Assembly: GCA_963664405.1 (NCBI GenBank)
Contig: OY761158.1
Location: 6,464,001 to 6,528,000, forward strand
Length of the DNA stretch: 64,000 bases
Direction: 5' to 3'
Origin: Thermoanaerobaculia bacterium
Lineage (GTDB): Bacteria; Acidobacteriota; Thermoanaerobaculia; Multivoradales; Multivoraceae
Part shown: positions 20,876 to 30,706 of the stretch, piece after piece
How the letters are laid out: every line of letters starts with the position of its first letter
Numbering within the stretch: the stretch's first letter is position 1
The notes under the pieces: generated by a model
The model's input: only the letters and a program-made list of their open reading frames with translations
The model's database searches: none
Told to the model about the DNA's origin: nothing
Translations under genes and position numbers: made by a program

Positions 20876-21289
20876 ATGACCGGTCTCATTCGCGCGTTCA
20901 TCAGATTCAACAAGGGCCTGCTCAAGATGCCCGTTCCCTGGCAGTTGTGGCTCCTGTTGATGGTAGGCATCAACCTGATCGTGCCGCTCTTCTTCCTGGA
21001 CCGTCTAGAGGCGTGGGTGGTCATAGGCGCCGTTCTGCTCAGCATGATGCTGATGACGGCGTTGACAGGACTGGTCGGATTCACACGGCTTCTTGGGCTG
21101 GGACACGTCTTCTGGATTCCGCTCGTTGTCTTTCTGTGGACACGGCTCGAGCAGATTCCAGCCGAGGGCGTCTTCGGCTTGTGGATCCGAGCTCTGATCG
21201 CCATCAATGTCCTCTCGTTGGTCATCGACACGGTCGATGTCATTCGCTACATTGCCGGCGACCGGGAAGAGACGGTCCAGGGGCTCTAG
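20876..21289 (+). CDS. small membrane protein (4 TM), hypothetical
   Basis: Hydrophobic 137-aa ORF with an upstream purine-rich RBS. Confidence 0.7.
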   Translation: MTGLIRAFIRFNKGLLKMPVPWQLWLLLMVGINLIVPLFFLDRLEAWVVIGAVLLSMMLMTALTGLVGFTRLLGLGHVFWIPLVVFLWTRLEQIPAEGVFGLWIRALIAINVLSLVIDTVDVIRYIAGDREETVQGL

Positions 21290-21439
21290 TTATCGGAGTA
21301 ATTACGTGTTACCGGCGACGAAGAAGCGCGGGATCTTGGCTTTCTAGCCGCGGTTTTCGGGGCGGCGCCCGACGGCGTGAGCGACGACGGCGACGGTGTC
21401 GGGTCTCTGTAAGTGGGTGTAGATGATGAAAGTCGATGG

Positions 21440-21605
21440 GGTCAGCGTTGCAGATACAGGAGAACCAGGCTCCGGTGCGCTCCCTGTCGGAACATAACGT
21501 TGGCACGGTTGAGGCTGATGGCCTCCACCTTGATGCGAACCTCGCCCTCGCCCGGCTCCGTGAGAGGCAAGTCCTCGATCTTGAGCACGTCGGCGCTTCC
21601 TGTTT
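21440..21605 (-). pseudogene. fragment of Zn-binding dehydrogenase/quinone oxidoreductase N-terminus
   Basis: Translates TGSADVLKIEDLPLTEPGEGEVRIKVEAISLNRANVMFRQG; cut at the MITE end. Confidence 0.7.
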
Positions 21606-22083
21606 TGAGAGTGAGCACGGTAATCGATGGGAATAAGGGCCATTCTGAGCACGGTGGGTGAGGGAAGGGGTGTTTGGTCCCTCAAGTAGTGTGCTCAAAA
21701 CTAGGTCCGGCGGCATCATCCCCGCCGAAGGCGGGGCGTCCGGGCCTGACGCGCAGTCCATACTTGTTCTTTTCGCTGATCACGCTGAACGAGGGCTGAC
21801 ACGCAGCGATGGCACGAACGGCACGCTATCTGATGGGCGATCGAGGCAGTTCGCCCAGCTTCCATCGCGCCTGGGCCCTGGTTGCGCCCTCAGATACCTT
21901 GAACGGAACCCCCATTCCCACCAGACAAGGTGATCGGGTTTCCTCGAATCGCCATCAAATACCGTGAACAAGGCCGTCTGAGGCAACTGGCAGCGAAACG
22001 CAGCTTCGGCTAAGTCCTTCAAAAGGCTACACGACCATCACTTATCGTGATCGGACCGCCATCGATTACCGTGCTCACTCTCA
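21606..22083. mobile_element. MITE copy 1 (478 bp, diverged variant)
   Basis: Perfect 25-bp TIR TGAGAGTGAGCACGGTAATCGATGG; no TSD; flanks belong to two different truncated genes. Confidence 0.9.
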
Positions 22084-23016
22084 CCTGCTCGGGCCCACCC
22101 GTAGCGCCCAGCGCTTCCGCGGTCGTCCGGGGCCCCCTGGAGGGAACGTACCCTTCTCCAGGAGCTTAGCCTCGAGGCGTCCGCCTGTCGCCTCCATAAT
22201 CTCGTTGTGGTAGCTCTTCAGGCGTCGGATGATGTCTCGGTCACGGTCGCCCTCTCTGTCGCGGAAGAGCGACATTAGGGCCTCGTGGGGCACCTCGGAT
22301 ACAGTCCGTGCAGCGCCACAGCGTGCGATGAGGAAACAGAGGTAGTCCCAGCCGATCGGGCGATCCATGAAGAGTTTGAGGAGTTCGAGCGGGACAATCA
22401 GGCGGTTGGAGGTATCCGAGAGGTACTTCCAGAAGTCAGCCGAAAGGATCACCCCGTAGGGGTGTGAATCGGGCAACACCAATTGCCCAGCCTTCTCACT
22501 CTTGAGCTGTTTGCTCGTCGGTAGGCTGAAGCGCCGGACGATGAAGAGTTGTTCACCTTCGATACCCTCATCGAGCTCGGCTTGCGAGCGCCCAAACAAG
22601 AGGCGCACCGAGAGGCCCGAGATACCCTTGAAGCGTTGCCGGAAGAGCGCGAGCGTGCGACCGTCCTCGGAGAGGTTGAAGGTTTTGAGGAGCTCGCCGA
22701 CGCGCTGGAAGTGCACGATTGGCGAGCCCTGCTCGATCGCCAGGTGCTGAATCCCGGCGAGGACGAAGCGGTCGGCACCGAAAGGAAGCTCGTTGCCTTC
22801 GGTGGCTGTGTACGTAACGCGCAGCCACATATCGCCACCGAGGCGTAGTGTCCGCGTCAGTGAGCTCGAACCTGCTCTGCGCTTGGGAAGCCCTGCCATC
22901 GCCAGGGCCTTGGCGGTACGGATCGCTTCGATGCGCTGCTGCTCATCGAGTGCCTCGCGGATGGAGACCACCTTCTCGACACGCTCGAGGAGCGCCTTAT
23001 GCTTGCGCTCGTTCAT
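22081..23016 (-). CDS. plasmid-type replication initiator RepA (RepA_C-like); stop codon supplied by the MITE TIR
   Basis: LPFGADRFVL motif resembling RepA_C; iterons immediately upstream. Confidence 0.65.
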   Translation of the reverse strand: MNERKHKALLERVEKVVSIREALDEQQRIEAIRTAKALAMAGLPKRRAGSSSLTRTLRLGGDMWLRVTYTATEGNELPFGADRFVLAGIQHLAIEQGSPIVHFQRVGELLKTFNLSEDGRTLALFRQRFKGISGLSVRLLFGRSQAELDEGIEGEQLFIVRRFSLPTSKQLKSEKAGQLVLPDSHPYGVILSADFWKYLSDTSNRLIVPLELLKLFMDRPIGWDYLCFLIARCGAARTVSEVPHEALMSLFRDREGDRDRDIIRRLKSYHNEIMEATGGRLEAKLLEKGTFPPGGPGRPRKRWALRVGPSR

Positions 23017-23064
23017 GGGTTCCGGGCGACCGTAACACGGGCTGTGGAAAGCAGGAGTTTTCCA

Positions 23065-23157
23065 CGTGAACGAGAACGCGAAATCATCGCACCGGTTCGT
23101 GAATGAGGACGCGTAAATACGTGAATGAGGACGCGTTATTACGTGAATGAGGACGCG
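23065..23157 (+). repeat. iterons / putative oriV
   Basis: CGTGAATGAGGACGCG at 23098, 23120 and 23142 (22-bp period), degenerate copy at 23065, followed by an AT-richer tract. Confidence 0.8.
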
Positions 23158-25580
23158 AAATAGTCGGTAAGTACCTATGCCTTCAAGGGACTAGCGCGAG
23201 GGCAGTACCCTCAATATTCTTACAGTATCTACCTAAGCAGTAGTAGGGAGGCAGGCTGTGGAAATCTGACGATCTATGGAAAGCTCCCGCCCCAACATCA
23301 CCTCGAGCTCCAGCACCATTCTCGGGAGCTTCCCACAGCTCTTGGAAATCCCGCAGACGGGATTCCCACAGCTTCCACGGCCACGACGACTACTAAAATA
23401 GAGTGGGTTTTCAAGAGAGCCTGAGCGGAGAACCCCCGAAACCGAGTGTTCGTTTCACCATTCGTTTCTTAGAAACGAACGGTTGCCGCGATGCGCGGAA
23501 GAGCGCGCAACCCTTACCAGGGCTTGCGCAGCTGGTTCCCCCCTGGTGTCGGGCTCGCGCCCGACTCCGCGTACCGCCTCTCATTTCCTATCGTCATGAG
23601 AGCTCCACTTCGCTATCGCTTCGTTTCGGGTCTCGCCTATGTCGTTATCACTCTTGGGCTCGACCTCGGTCCGCGGAGTCGGGCGCTGCGCTACCGGCGG
23701 CAAGAGCCGCCTCCCGACACCAGGGGGGTAAGAATTGCCTAGGCAAAGCCGAGGCATCCGAATCGAGCAAAGCTCGAGAAGAAGGTAAGGAGACGCAAGG
23801 CCGAGGCGTGCTGCCTGCCAAATAGCAGGCAGCGTGTTCCGAGAACACTCGGAAAGAAAAGAGAGAGGAACGAAAACGGTTACCCCAAGGTCTCCGTGAG
23901 ATCTCCAGAAAGTCGACTCCTGCTCACATCCCTCATGGTGGCAGACAGCCTCGCTCCGTCAAGGTCGAGGACTCTCTTGACCTCGCCTCGGACTGACTGC
24001 TCGGGGTTTTCCGGTATGTGAGCAGGTAGTCGAAGCTCACGCTAATCAGTAAGCAACAACAGACGTATGAGCGACAGCGAAATGAGTTATCTAGTGCGCA
24101 CACATTTAGACTTTGTGGAGAGCTGCTTTCTACACGAGACGGTCGACTGGAGAGAAGACTCCAGTGGTGTAACTTCGTATGTGGCGAGCAAGCCACTCGA
24201 GTACCGCGTGACCACATATGAGAACGAGAGTGGTGAGATTGAACACAAAGTAGAACGGAATCGGTGAGCTCAAGAAGAGCGTCCAAAGCGACGCTCTTCT
24301 TGCTGGAGACTCCGGAGGCAATAAGTTTCCCAACCACCCCCGTTTTCGTGCAGGAGGTGGCGGACGTCCGCCACCCTTCTTGACGAGAACGCCTCCGATG
24401 CGTCTGGCGGTTGTCCACAGCTTCGCGATTGGACTGCGACCCGTATACTGAAAAGCAAGAGAGATCTTTTTTCGGTTCTAACGACAGCACCTTCACCTCA
24501 CCAACTCGCCTGTCATAGCGTGTGCTGTCTCCGTTCTTCGAGCACACGGCCCTCCATACCCATAGAGGGCTGATGCCCTCGAAGAACAGACAGCCATGTT
24601 GGTGAAGCTCACCCCCTCAAAGAGGAGGAAAACCGAGGGGTAGAGCTCTGTAGCGCTAGTTAGCCGGCCCCTCTTGGCTCGCTCTGCTGCATGCGGGAGG
24701 TGCTGTCAGTGGAACTATTGAAATCACAACAGCACATCCTTGGAGAACGCTCGATTGCGGGGTACCCCCCGCGGCCGTTTGGTATTGCCCTTCCCGATCG
24801 GCGTCATCACCTTTTTGTTATTGGCGCGACAGGCCTTGGGAAGACAACATTTCTTCACGGTTCTTTGATCCAGGACTTGGCGACGCCGGGTGTTGGCGTG
24901 GCTTTCCTAGACCCTGACGGCACGGCAGCGGCTCAGCTCCTCGACTACATCCCACCGTCTCGCACGGGAGACGTCGTCTACTTCGACCCGGAAGACGCTG
25001 ACCACCCAATCGGCTTGAACCTGCTCGATACGCGCGGCGACGTCGATGAGCACCAGGTCGTCGGCGAAGCGGTGTCGATCTTTAAGCGCTTCTGGGGCGA
25101 CAGCTTCATGGCGCGCTCGGAAGACCTCCTTGCGAATACGCTTGCCGCCCTCGTTGAACATGGTGGCCAAACGCTTCTGGGTGCATTGCGGATGCTCACA
25201 GACGCCCCTTATCGGGAGCGCATACTCGCGAAGACGACCAACCCTGTCGTTTTGGGGTACTGGCGCGACGAGTTTGAGCACTACGACGCCCGCTATCGCG
25301 AACAGATGGCCGCGCCCATCCTCAACAAGCTCCGGCGCTTTGTCACCGACGCGCCCATGCGCAATATCGTTGGCCAGGTCAAGAGCGGTTTTGACATCGA
25401 GGCGCTGATGAACGAGGGCAAGATTCTCCTCGCGCGCCTACCGGTGAGAGTGAGCACGATAATCGATGGGAATGTTGGCCATTCTGAGCACGGTAGGTGA
25501 GGGAAGGGTGTTTGGTCCCTCAAGTAGTGTGCTCAAGACTAGGTCCGTCGGCATCATCCCCGCCGAAGGCGGGCCGTCGG

Positions 25581-26944
25581 GGATCCGTCCCGAATGCTGT
25601 GGAAATTGAGAATGGCGTAATCTCCTAGTGGTCAAACACATCGCCGGTTAGGGCGAACGGAGGATTACGCCATGGTGGAGAATATCAACGAGGAAGGGGA
25701 AGCTGCACGCTTCCGTCAGGACATTCGTTCGTTGTTACGCGAGCGTGTTCGTGCGGCGATCGAGATCACACTCGAGGAAGAGCTGTCCGAGGCGCTGGGC
25801 TGCAGCGCCTACGAGCGTTCAGGCGAGCGTGCGGGCTATCGCAACGGCAAGCAGCGTCGTCTGATCACGACGGCGTGTGGGTCGAAGGAACTGGACATTC
25901 CACGAGGACGGCTAGTCGGCGAGGATGGGGCCAGCGTAGAGTTTCGCAGTGCGATCGTGCCGCGTTACGCTCGTCGTACGCAGGAGGTCGATGACGCGAT
26001 CCTGGGTGCGTATCTGGCTGGCGCTAACAGCCGCCGGATCAAGAAGGCATTGGCTCCGCTGCTGGGTGAGGAGCACCTGTCCAAGAGCGCAGTTTCGCGT
26101 GTGGTGTCTCGGCTGAAGGAGCTTTTTGCTCGCTGGAGTGAGCGCGATCTGTCGGAGGAGTCCTACGTGCTTCTGTTTCTCGATGGCTTTCACCTGAAGG
26201 TCCGCTTGGCCCGTCGAGTGGTCTCGGTACCGGTGCTGGTGGTGCTGGGTGTGACTCCGGACGGCACCAAGGTGCTGGTGGCCTTACGTTTAGCCGCGAG
26301 CGAGGCCGCCGAGCACTGGAAGTGGCTGATCGAGGATCTGAAGGCCCGAGGTCTTCAGGCTCCGCGCTACCTGGTCACGGATGGCCACAAAGGGCTGGCC
26401 GCGGCGCTGAAGGCTTGGCCTGAGGTCAAAGTCCAGCGCTGCGTCCAACACAAGTGGGAGAATCTGAAGAAACACTGCCCGGTGCACGCACACGACGAGC
26501 TGCGGCGTGACTGGCACTCGATCGTACGAGCCGAGGACGCGGCACAGGCCCGCAAGGCCTACGCGGCGTTCGTCACCAAGTGGTCGCGACTAGTCCCGGC
26601 GGTGGCTCGCAGCCTTGAGGAGGCAGGGTTCCAGCTACTGACCTTCTACGAGCTCCCCAAATCGCTGTGGAGTTCGGTGCGCACGACCAACGCTCTGGAG
26701 AACCTGAACCGCGAGTTTCGTCGCCGCACTAAAACCCAGGGCTCCTTTGCCACCGAGGCTGCCGGCGTCACGCTCCTCTGGGGGCTCGTCGCCTTCGGGC
26801 AGATACACCTGCGAAGGATTAACGGCTACCGGGCGCTTCAGCTCCTGCTCGAGGTTGAGAGGGCCGCGTAAACGGTAGGATTTAGCAAAAGACGACTCGG
26901 AGGACTACGCCTGAACCCATTTCCACAAAAAACGGGACACATCC
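25581..26944 (+). mobile_element. IS256 family element
   Basis: TIRs GGATCCGTCCCG..TGTGGAAAT / GGATGTGTCCCG..TGTGGAAAT; 8-bp TSD GCCGTCGG. Confidence 0.92.
25672..26871 (+). CDS. IS256 family (Mutator) transposase
   Basis: YRNG, LFLDG, TDGHKGL, QRCVQHK, TTNALENLNREFRRR. Confidence 0.93.
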   Translation: MVENINEEGEAARFRQDIRSLLRERVRAAIEITLEEELSEALGCSAYERSGERAGYRNGKQRRLITTACGSKELDIPRGRLVGEDGASVEFRSAIVPRYARRTQEVDDAILGAYLAGANSRRIKKALAPLLGEEHLSKSAVSRVVSRLKELFARWSERDLSEESYVLLFLDGFHLKVRLARRVVSVPVLVVLGVTPDGTKVLVALRLAASEAAEHWKWLIEDLKARGLQAPRYLVTDGHKGLAAALKAWPEVKVQRCVQHKWENLKKHCPVHAHDELRRDWHSIVRAEDAAQARKAYAAFVTKWSRLVPAVARSLEEAGFQLLTFYELPKSLWSSVRTTNALENLNREFRRRTKTQGSFATEAAGVTLLWGLVAFGQIHLRRINGYRALQLLLEVERAA

Positions 26945-27879
26945 GCCGTCGGGGCCTGACGCGCAGTCCATACTTGTTCTTTCGCTGATCACGCTGAACG
27001 AGGGCTGACACGCAGCGATGGGATGAACGGCACGCTATCTGATGGGCGATCGAGGCGGTTCGCCGAGCTTCCATCGCGCTTGGGCCCCTGGTTGCGCCCT
27101 CAGATACCTTGAACGGAACACCCATTCCCACCAGACAACGTGATCGGGTTTCCTCGAATCGCCATCAAATACTGTGAACAAGACCGTCTGAGGCAAGTGG
27201 CAGCGAAACGCAGCTTCGGCTAAGTCCTTCAAAAGGCTACGCGACCATCACTTATCGTGATCGGACCGCCATCGATTATCGTGCTCACTCTCAACCGGCG
27301 AGCCTCGGCGAGAGCAACGCCGACCTCCTCGGCTCCATGCTCGTAACCAAGTTCTACCTCGCCGCACTGAAGCGTGGGCGTATGCTCGAAAACGAACGCC
27401 GCGACTTCTACCTCGTCCTCGATGAATTTCAGCGCTTCTCAACCGACACATTCGCCTCGATCGTGGCAGAGGCGAGAAAGCATCGGCTCAATTTGGCTCT
27501 CGCCGCACAGCACCTCGGCCAGACGTCAGACGCGGTGCGAGCCGCTGTCTTAGCGAACGTCGGCACCCTCATTTCCTTTGGTCTCGGCGCCGACGACGCA
27601 CGACGGCTTGAGCCCTACTTCCTTCCTTATTCACAAGAAACCCTTCGAGATCTCGGCCGTGGTGAGGTGGTGGTCAGACTCTTGGCGAACGCCGAAGCCG
27701 GACAGCCATTCCTCGCACGAACGACGCTTCCCGATCGAACGCACTATCACGGCCGCAGTGAGCTTGTTCGCCGTGAGTCACGGCGGCACCACGCGAGCGA
27801 TCGCCAGAAGGTGGAGAAGAAGCTCGCGAGTTGGTACAAGGCCAAGCAGTGAGAGGGTGGCCATGCAAAAGAAAACCGC

Positions 27880-28290
27880 CTAGGCCGAAGCCTGGCGGTT
27901 GAACTCTCTCGTGCGAATCGACGGAGGCCGGAGTCCCTCGAGTCGGCTAGCGATAGCGTCGTCGTCTCCATGACAGTCTAAAAGAATGCCGAGGAGGTGT
28001 GAGCGCCATTCGGTATCGTCGAAGTCGGTGGGTGTCGAGTACTGCTCCATAAGGCGGAATGCGCGCTCTCTGGTGTCATCAGTAAGGTCACCGAATGCTT
28101 CAGGAAAGTCTTCGTGAATGCTCCGAAGCAGCCCGATTGCGTTGCTGAGCCAGCTCCGTGCGCCCTCGAGCTCCATATAGACGAGGGCAATCTCCATTGC
28201 GAGTTGATGCGTCACAACACTCTCCTTTCGTGGAAAAATCAGTGATGGAAGACCCCAGAACAACCTGAGATGCTCCTCACCGGCGTCCAC
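27880..28290 (-). CDS. hypothetical protein
   Basis: ORF track only; start uncertain. Confidence 0.4.
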   Translation of the reverse strand: MDAGEEHLRLFWGLPSLIFPRKESVVTHQLAMEIALVYMELEGARSWLSNAIGLLRSIHEDFPEAFGDLTDDTRERAFRLMEQYSTPTDFDDTEWRSHLLGILLDCHGDDDAIASRLEGLRPPSIRTREFNRQASA

Positions 28291-28365
28291 GAAAGAAGGG
28301 TGCCGTGCGCCCGTTGAGTGACGTTAAGGAAAGAACTATAAGTAGTTGAATACTAAGAGTTTACG

Positions 28366-30090
28366 TTGATTTGTCAAGTATATCCTGCGCGCACCACAGC
28401 ATGGGTTCTGTGCTCTGTTTTGGCCTTGGTAGAAGGAGAGAGCCGCCCATTGCTAGCGCAAGAACCTGTTGGTCTACCGATCGCTGGTCGCTTCAATGAC
28501 AACGTGGAAATCCAGTGGAGTCGGCACACTCTAGAGGCAAGGGTGCGCACCGCCTTCGCGCCAAGCTCCCTCAAGACGCCAGAGGGCAAGGCTTATTGGT
28601 ACCTCTTTCACGAAGGTGACTATGTGGTGGCGTGGGAGTTCGACAGCGATCGCGGCGTGCGAATCACCCCGGGCGGAATGGTGCCCGAGGTGTTCATCCC
28701 ATCAACAAGATACCTTGACGTTCTCGCGAGCGAACCCATTCGCAAAGACCCCGCATATCTTAGGGATCTGAGAAACAAGCACGCGCGATTTGCGGAAGCA
28801 ACCACCGCCATTGCTTGCCTTGTACCAACACGCAAGATCGCAGCCTTCTATCCGCTTCCCTCCGAAACCTCAGGGGTGAAGAATCAGTCAAGCATCTTGT
28901 CCCTCAATAAGATGATGCCGGCATACGAAGAACGAAACGGCTGGTACCGAATTGACCTATTTGACGATTGGATACCCCCATCGGCGATCGAGGCGCGCCA
29001 ACCCTTCAAGGATCGCGGCCGAGACGCGTGTGAGCGACGACCCTCTAAACGCTCATATCGCTTCTCATCTTCAACAGCCTTCCACGCCGGCGCCTCGTCT
29101 CAGACTAGGGTCACAGGCTTTTCCGAGGTTGGCGAGACGGTGCAGACCATCACGACGGAAGTCCCAGGCGGCTGGTTTAGGGTAGAGGGTTTTTCTGGAA
29201 GGAAGGGCTGGTTCCGCGCCACCGATCTCGTGGCCAGTAATACCCCTCGGTCGGCTCCGCCGGTTGACCTCCCTCTCCCCCTATGGGGAAGCGTTACCGC
29301 GAGCGTCCTCAACGTCCGCGACGGGCCATCGGCGAACACAAAGGTAGTTCATACCCTTACGAAGGATTCCCGCGTTTTTCTGTTTGAGCGAGGGGGGGGT
29401 TGGTGGCGCATCACCAAGCTAAGCAGTCCAGGACGTGTTGGTTGGGTATCAGCCTCCCACATCGAGGTCCTCGGCCGGCCGCCGGATCCATGGCCGAACC
29501 CTCCATACTTCGCCACTTTTGATCACCCACTGTCGTCGCAGGGCTCCGGAGAGAGCCGCCAAGACGGTGTCGGCCCGAAAGCTCCGCCCTACCGCAGCGT
29601 CTACCATGAAGCCCTCCTTCCGCTCCTATTGCTCCCCTTTCTTGTCACCGCGACTCTTGTGCGTGGCCTCGAGCGCGACGCAGGAGACTATGGGGTGTGG
29701 CTTCTCTGGGTCTTCATCTTTACTTTCTTAATTGGCTTCATTCCCGCGCCGGAAGGCGTCTTGGTGGTCTTTGGCCTCTACGGGCTCTGTGCGATCTACT
29801 GGCTCTACGAGCTCTTTTTGTTGGTGCACTATTTGATGGTGCCGCACCCGCTCGAAGACGAGCTCAGGAGAGCGGTGGACAACCGCGCAGCGATTGACCT
29901 CGACAAGCTCGAGCGCATTGTGGCCGAGAGCATGGGAGATCTTCCTAAGCGGGGGTATAAACTGAAAAATAGAACTCGCCGCGTGCGTCGACTGATTGAG
30001 CTTCTGAGAGCTGAGCAGGAGCTTTTCCAAGAGCTTCTCGGCCGAGAGCGATTGTTGAACATACTCGAGAAGCTTGAACACTATGGCTAG
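28366..30090 (+). CDS. SH3b-domain membrane protein
   Basis: LNVRDGPS...GWWRI...GWVS SH3_3 repeats, three C-terminal TM helices and a coiled coil. Confidence 0.7.
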   Translation: MICQVYPARTTAWVLCSVLALVEGESRPLLAQEPVGLPIAGRFNDNVEIQWSRHTLEARVRTAFAPSSLKTPEGKAYWYLFHEGDYVVAWEFDSDRGVRITPGGMVPEVFIPSTRYLDVLASEPIRKDPAYLRDLRNKHARFAEATTAIACLVPTRKIAAFYPLPSETSGVKNQSSILSLNKMMPAYEERNGWYRIDLFDDWIPPSAIEARQPFKDRGRDACERRPSKRSYRFSSSTAFHAGASSQTRVTGFSEVGETVQTITTEVPGGWFRVEGFSGRKGWFRATDLVASNTPRSAPPVDLPLPLWGSVTASVLNVRDGPSANTKVVHTLTKDSRVFLFERGGGWWRITKLSSPGRVGWVSASHIEVLGRPPDPWPNPPYFATFDHPLSSQGSGESRQDGVGPKAPPYRSVYHEALLPLLLLPFLVTATLVRGLERDAGDYGVWLLWVFIFTFLIGFIPAPEGVLVVFGLYGLCAIYWLYELFLLVHYLMVPHPLEDELRRAVDNRAAIDLDKLERIVAESMGDLPKRGYKLKNRTRRVRRLIELLRAEQELFQELLGRERLLNILEKLEHYG

Positions 30091-30700
30091 CAAAAAGAAG
30101 GACGACCAAGAGAGAGAACTCGTCGATCCTGACGACGTACAGACGGCGGAAGAGGCTCTCGAAGCCACCCCAAAAAAACCACTCGTTCCCTCGATTCGCC
30201 GAGCTCGGCCGCCGGCGTTTCTGACGCGAATGACAAGGAAGCGCGTCGAGGCCGAGACGGAGTTTCTTGGGGCGTTAAAGGATCATGACGAAGCTGCCCT
30301 CGACTGGGCCCGCTCCCACAACGCGCTCAGCCCACAGAATCTTGGGAAGGTGAAGGCACTCGACGAAGAGCATCTCGACGAGGCGCTTGAGGAAACGAGC
30401 CAGCGCCGTGAGGTCAGAGCGGCTGAGCACCAGGTCAAGTTGGCGGAATTGGAGAGAAATCTCAGAGACGTAACCGAGCCTCCGAAACCGAAGCCTCACC
30501 GAAAAACGGAGGAAGAGAAGCTCCGAGAAGCAGTTAGGAAAGAGGGGGGGCGCGAGGATGCGCGTACAAGCATCTTGCGAGAGAAACGCATCAAGATATG
30601 CGGCGGCGAGGACCGTGATCCCGAGACCCATGAAGAAAAGCGGGCCTACGGAGCCGTCCAAGGCATCATGGATCGGATCTACAGAGAAGGACTCTCCTAG
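30074..30700 (+). CDS. hypothetical coiled-coil protein of the conjugative module
   Basis: Charged ORF between the SH3 gene and the ATPase gene. Confidence 0.6.
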   Translation: MNTMASKKKDDQERELVDPDDVQTAEEALEATPKKPLVPSIRRARPPAFLTRMTRKRVEAETEFLGALKDHDEAALDWARSHNALSPQNLGKVKALDEEHLDEALEETSQRREVRAAEHQVKLAELERNLRDVTEPPKPKPHRKTEEEKLREAVRKEGGREDARTSILREKRIKICGGEDRDPETHEEKRAYGAVQGIMDRIYREGLS

Positions 30701-30706
30701 GCAACT

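Larger units (their letters stand above)
25445..27293. mobile_element. MITE copy 2, interrupted by IS256
   Basis: 25-bp TIR TGAGAGTGAGCACGATAATCGATGG; 5-bp TSD ACCGG (25440-25444 / 27294-27298). Confidence 0.92.
24691..27852 (+). pseudogene. VirD4/TraD/HerA-like type IV secretion ATPase split by MITE copy 2 (+IS256)
   Basis: GATGLGKT Walker A in the 5' half and LVLDEFQ Walker B in the 3' half; removing the MITE and one ACCGG restores ...LARLPASLGESNADLLGSML... Confidence 0.85.

Noticed and set aside
23065-23157. Short direct repeats as a mini CRISPR array
   Set aside because: 16-bp repeats with only 6-bp gaps directly upstream of repA fit iterons; no cas genes.
23403-24547. Several short ORFs between the origin and ATPase 1
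   Set aside because: No recognisable motifs and overlapping alternatives; none can be supported.
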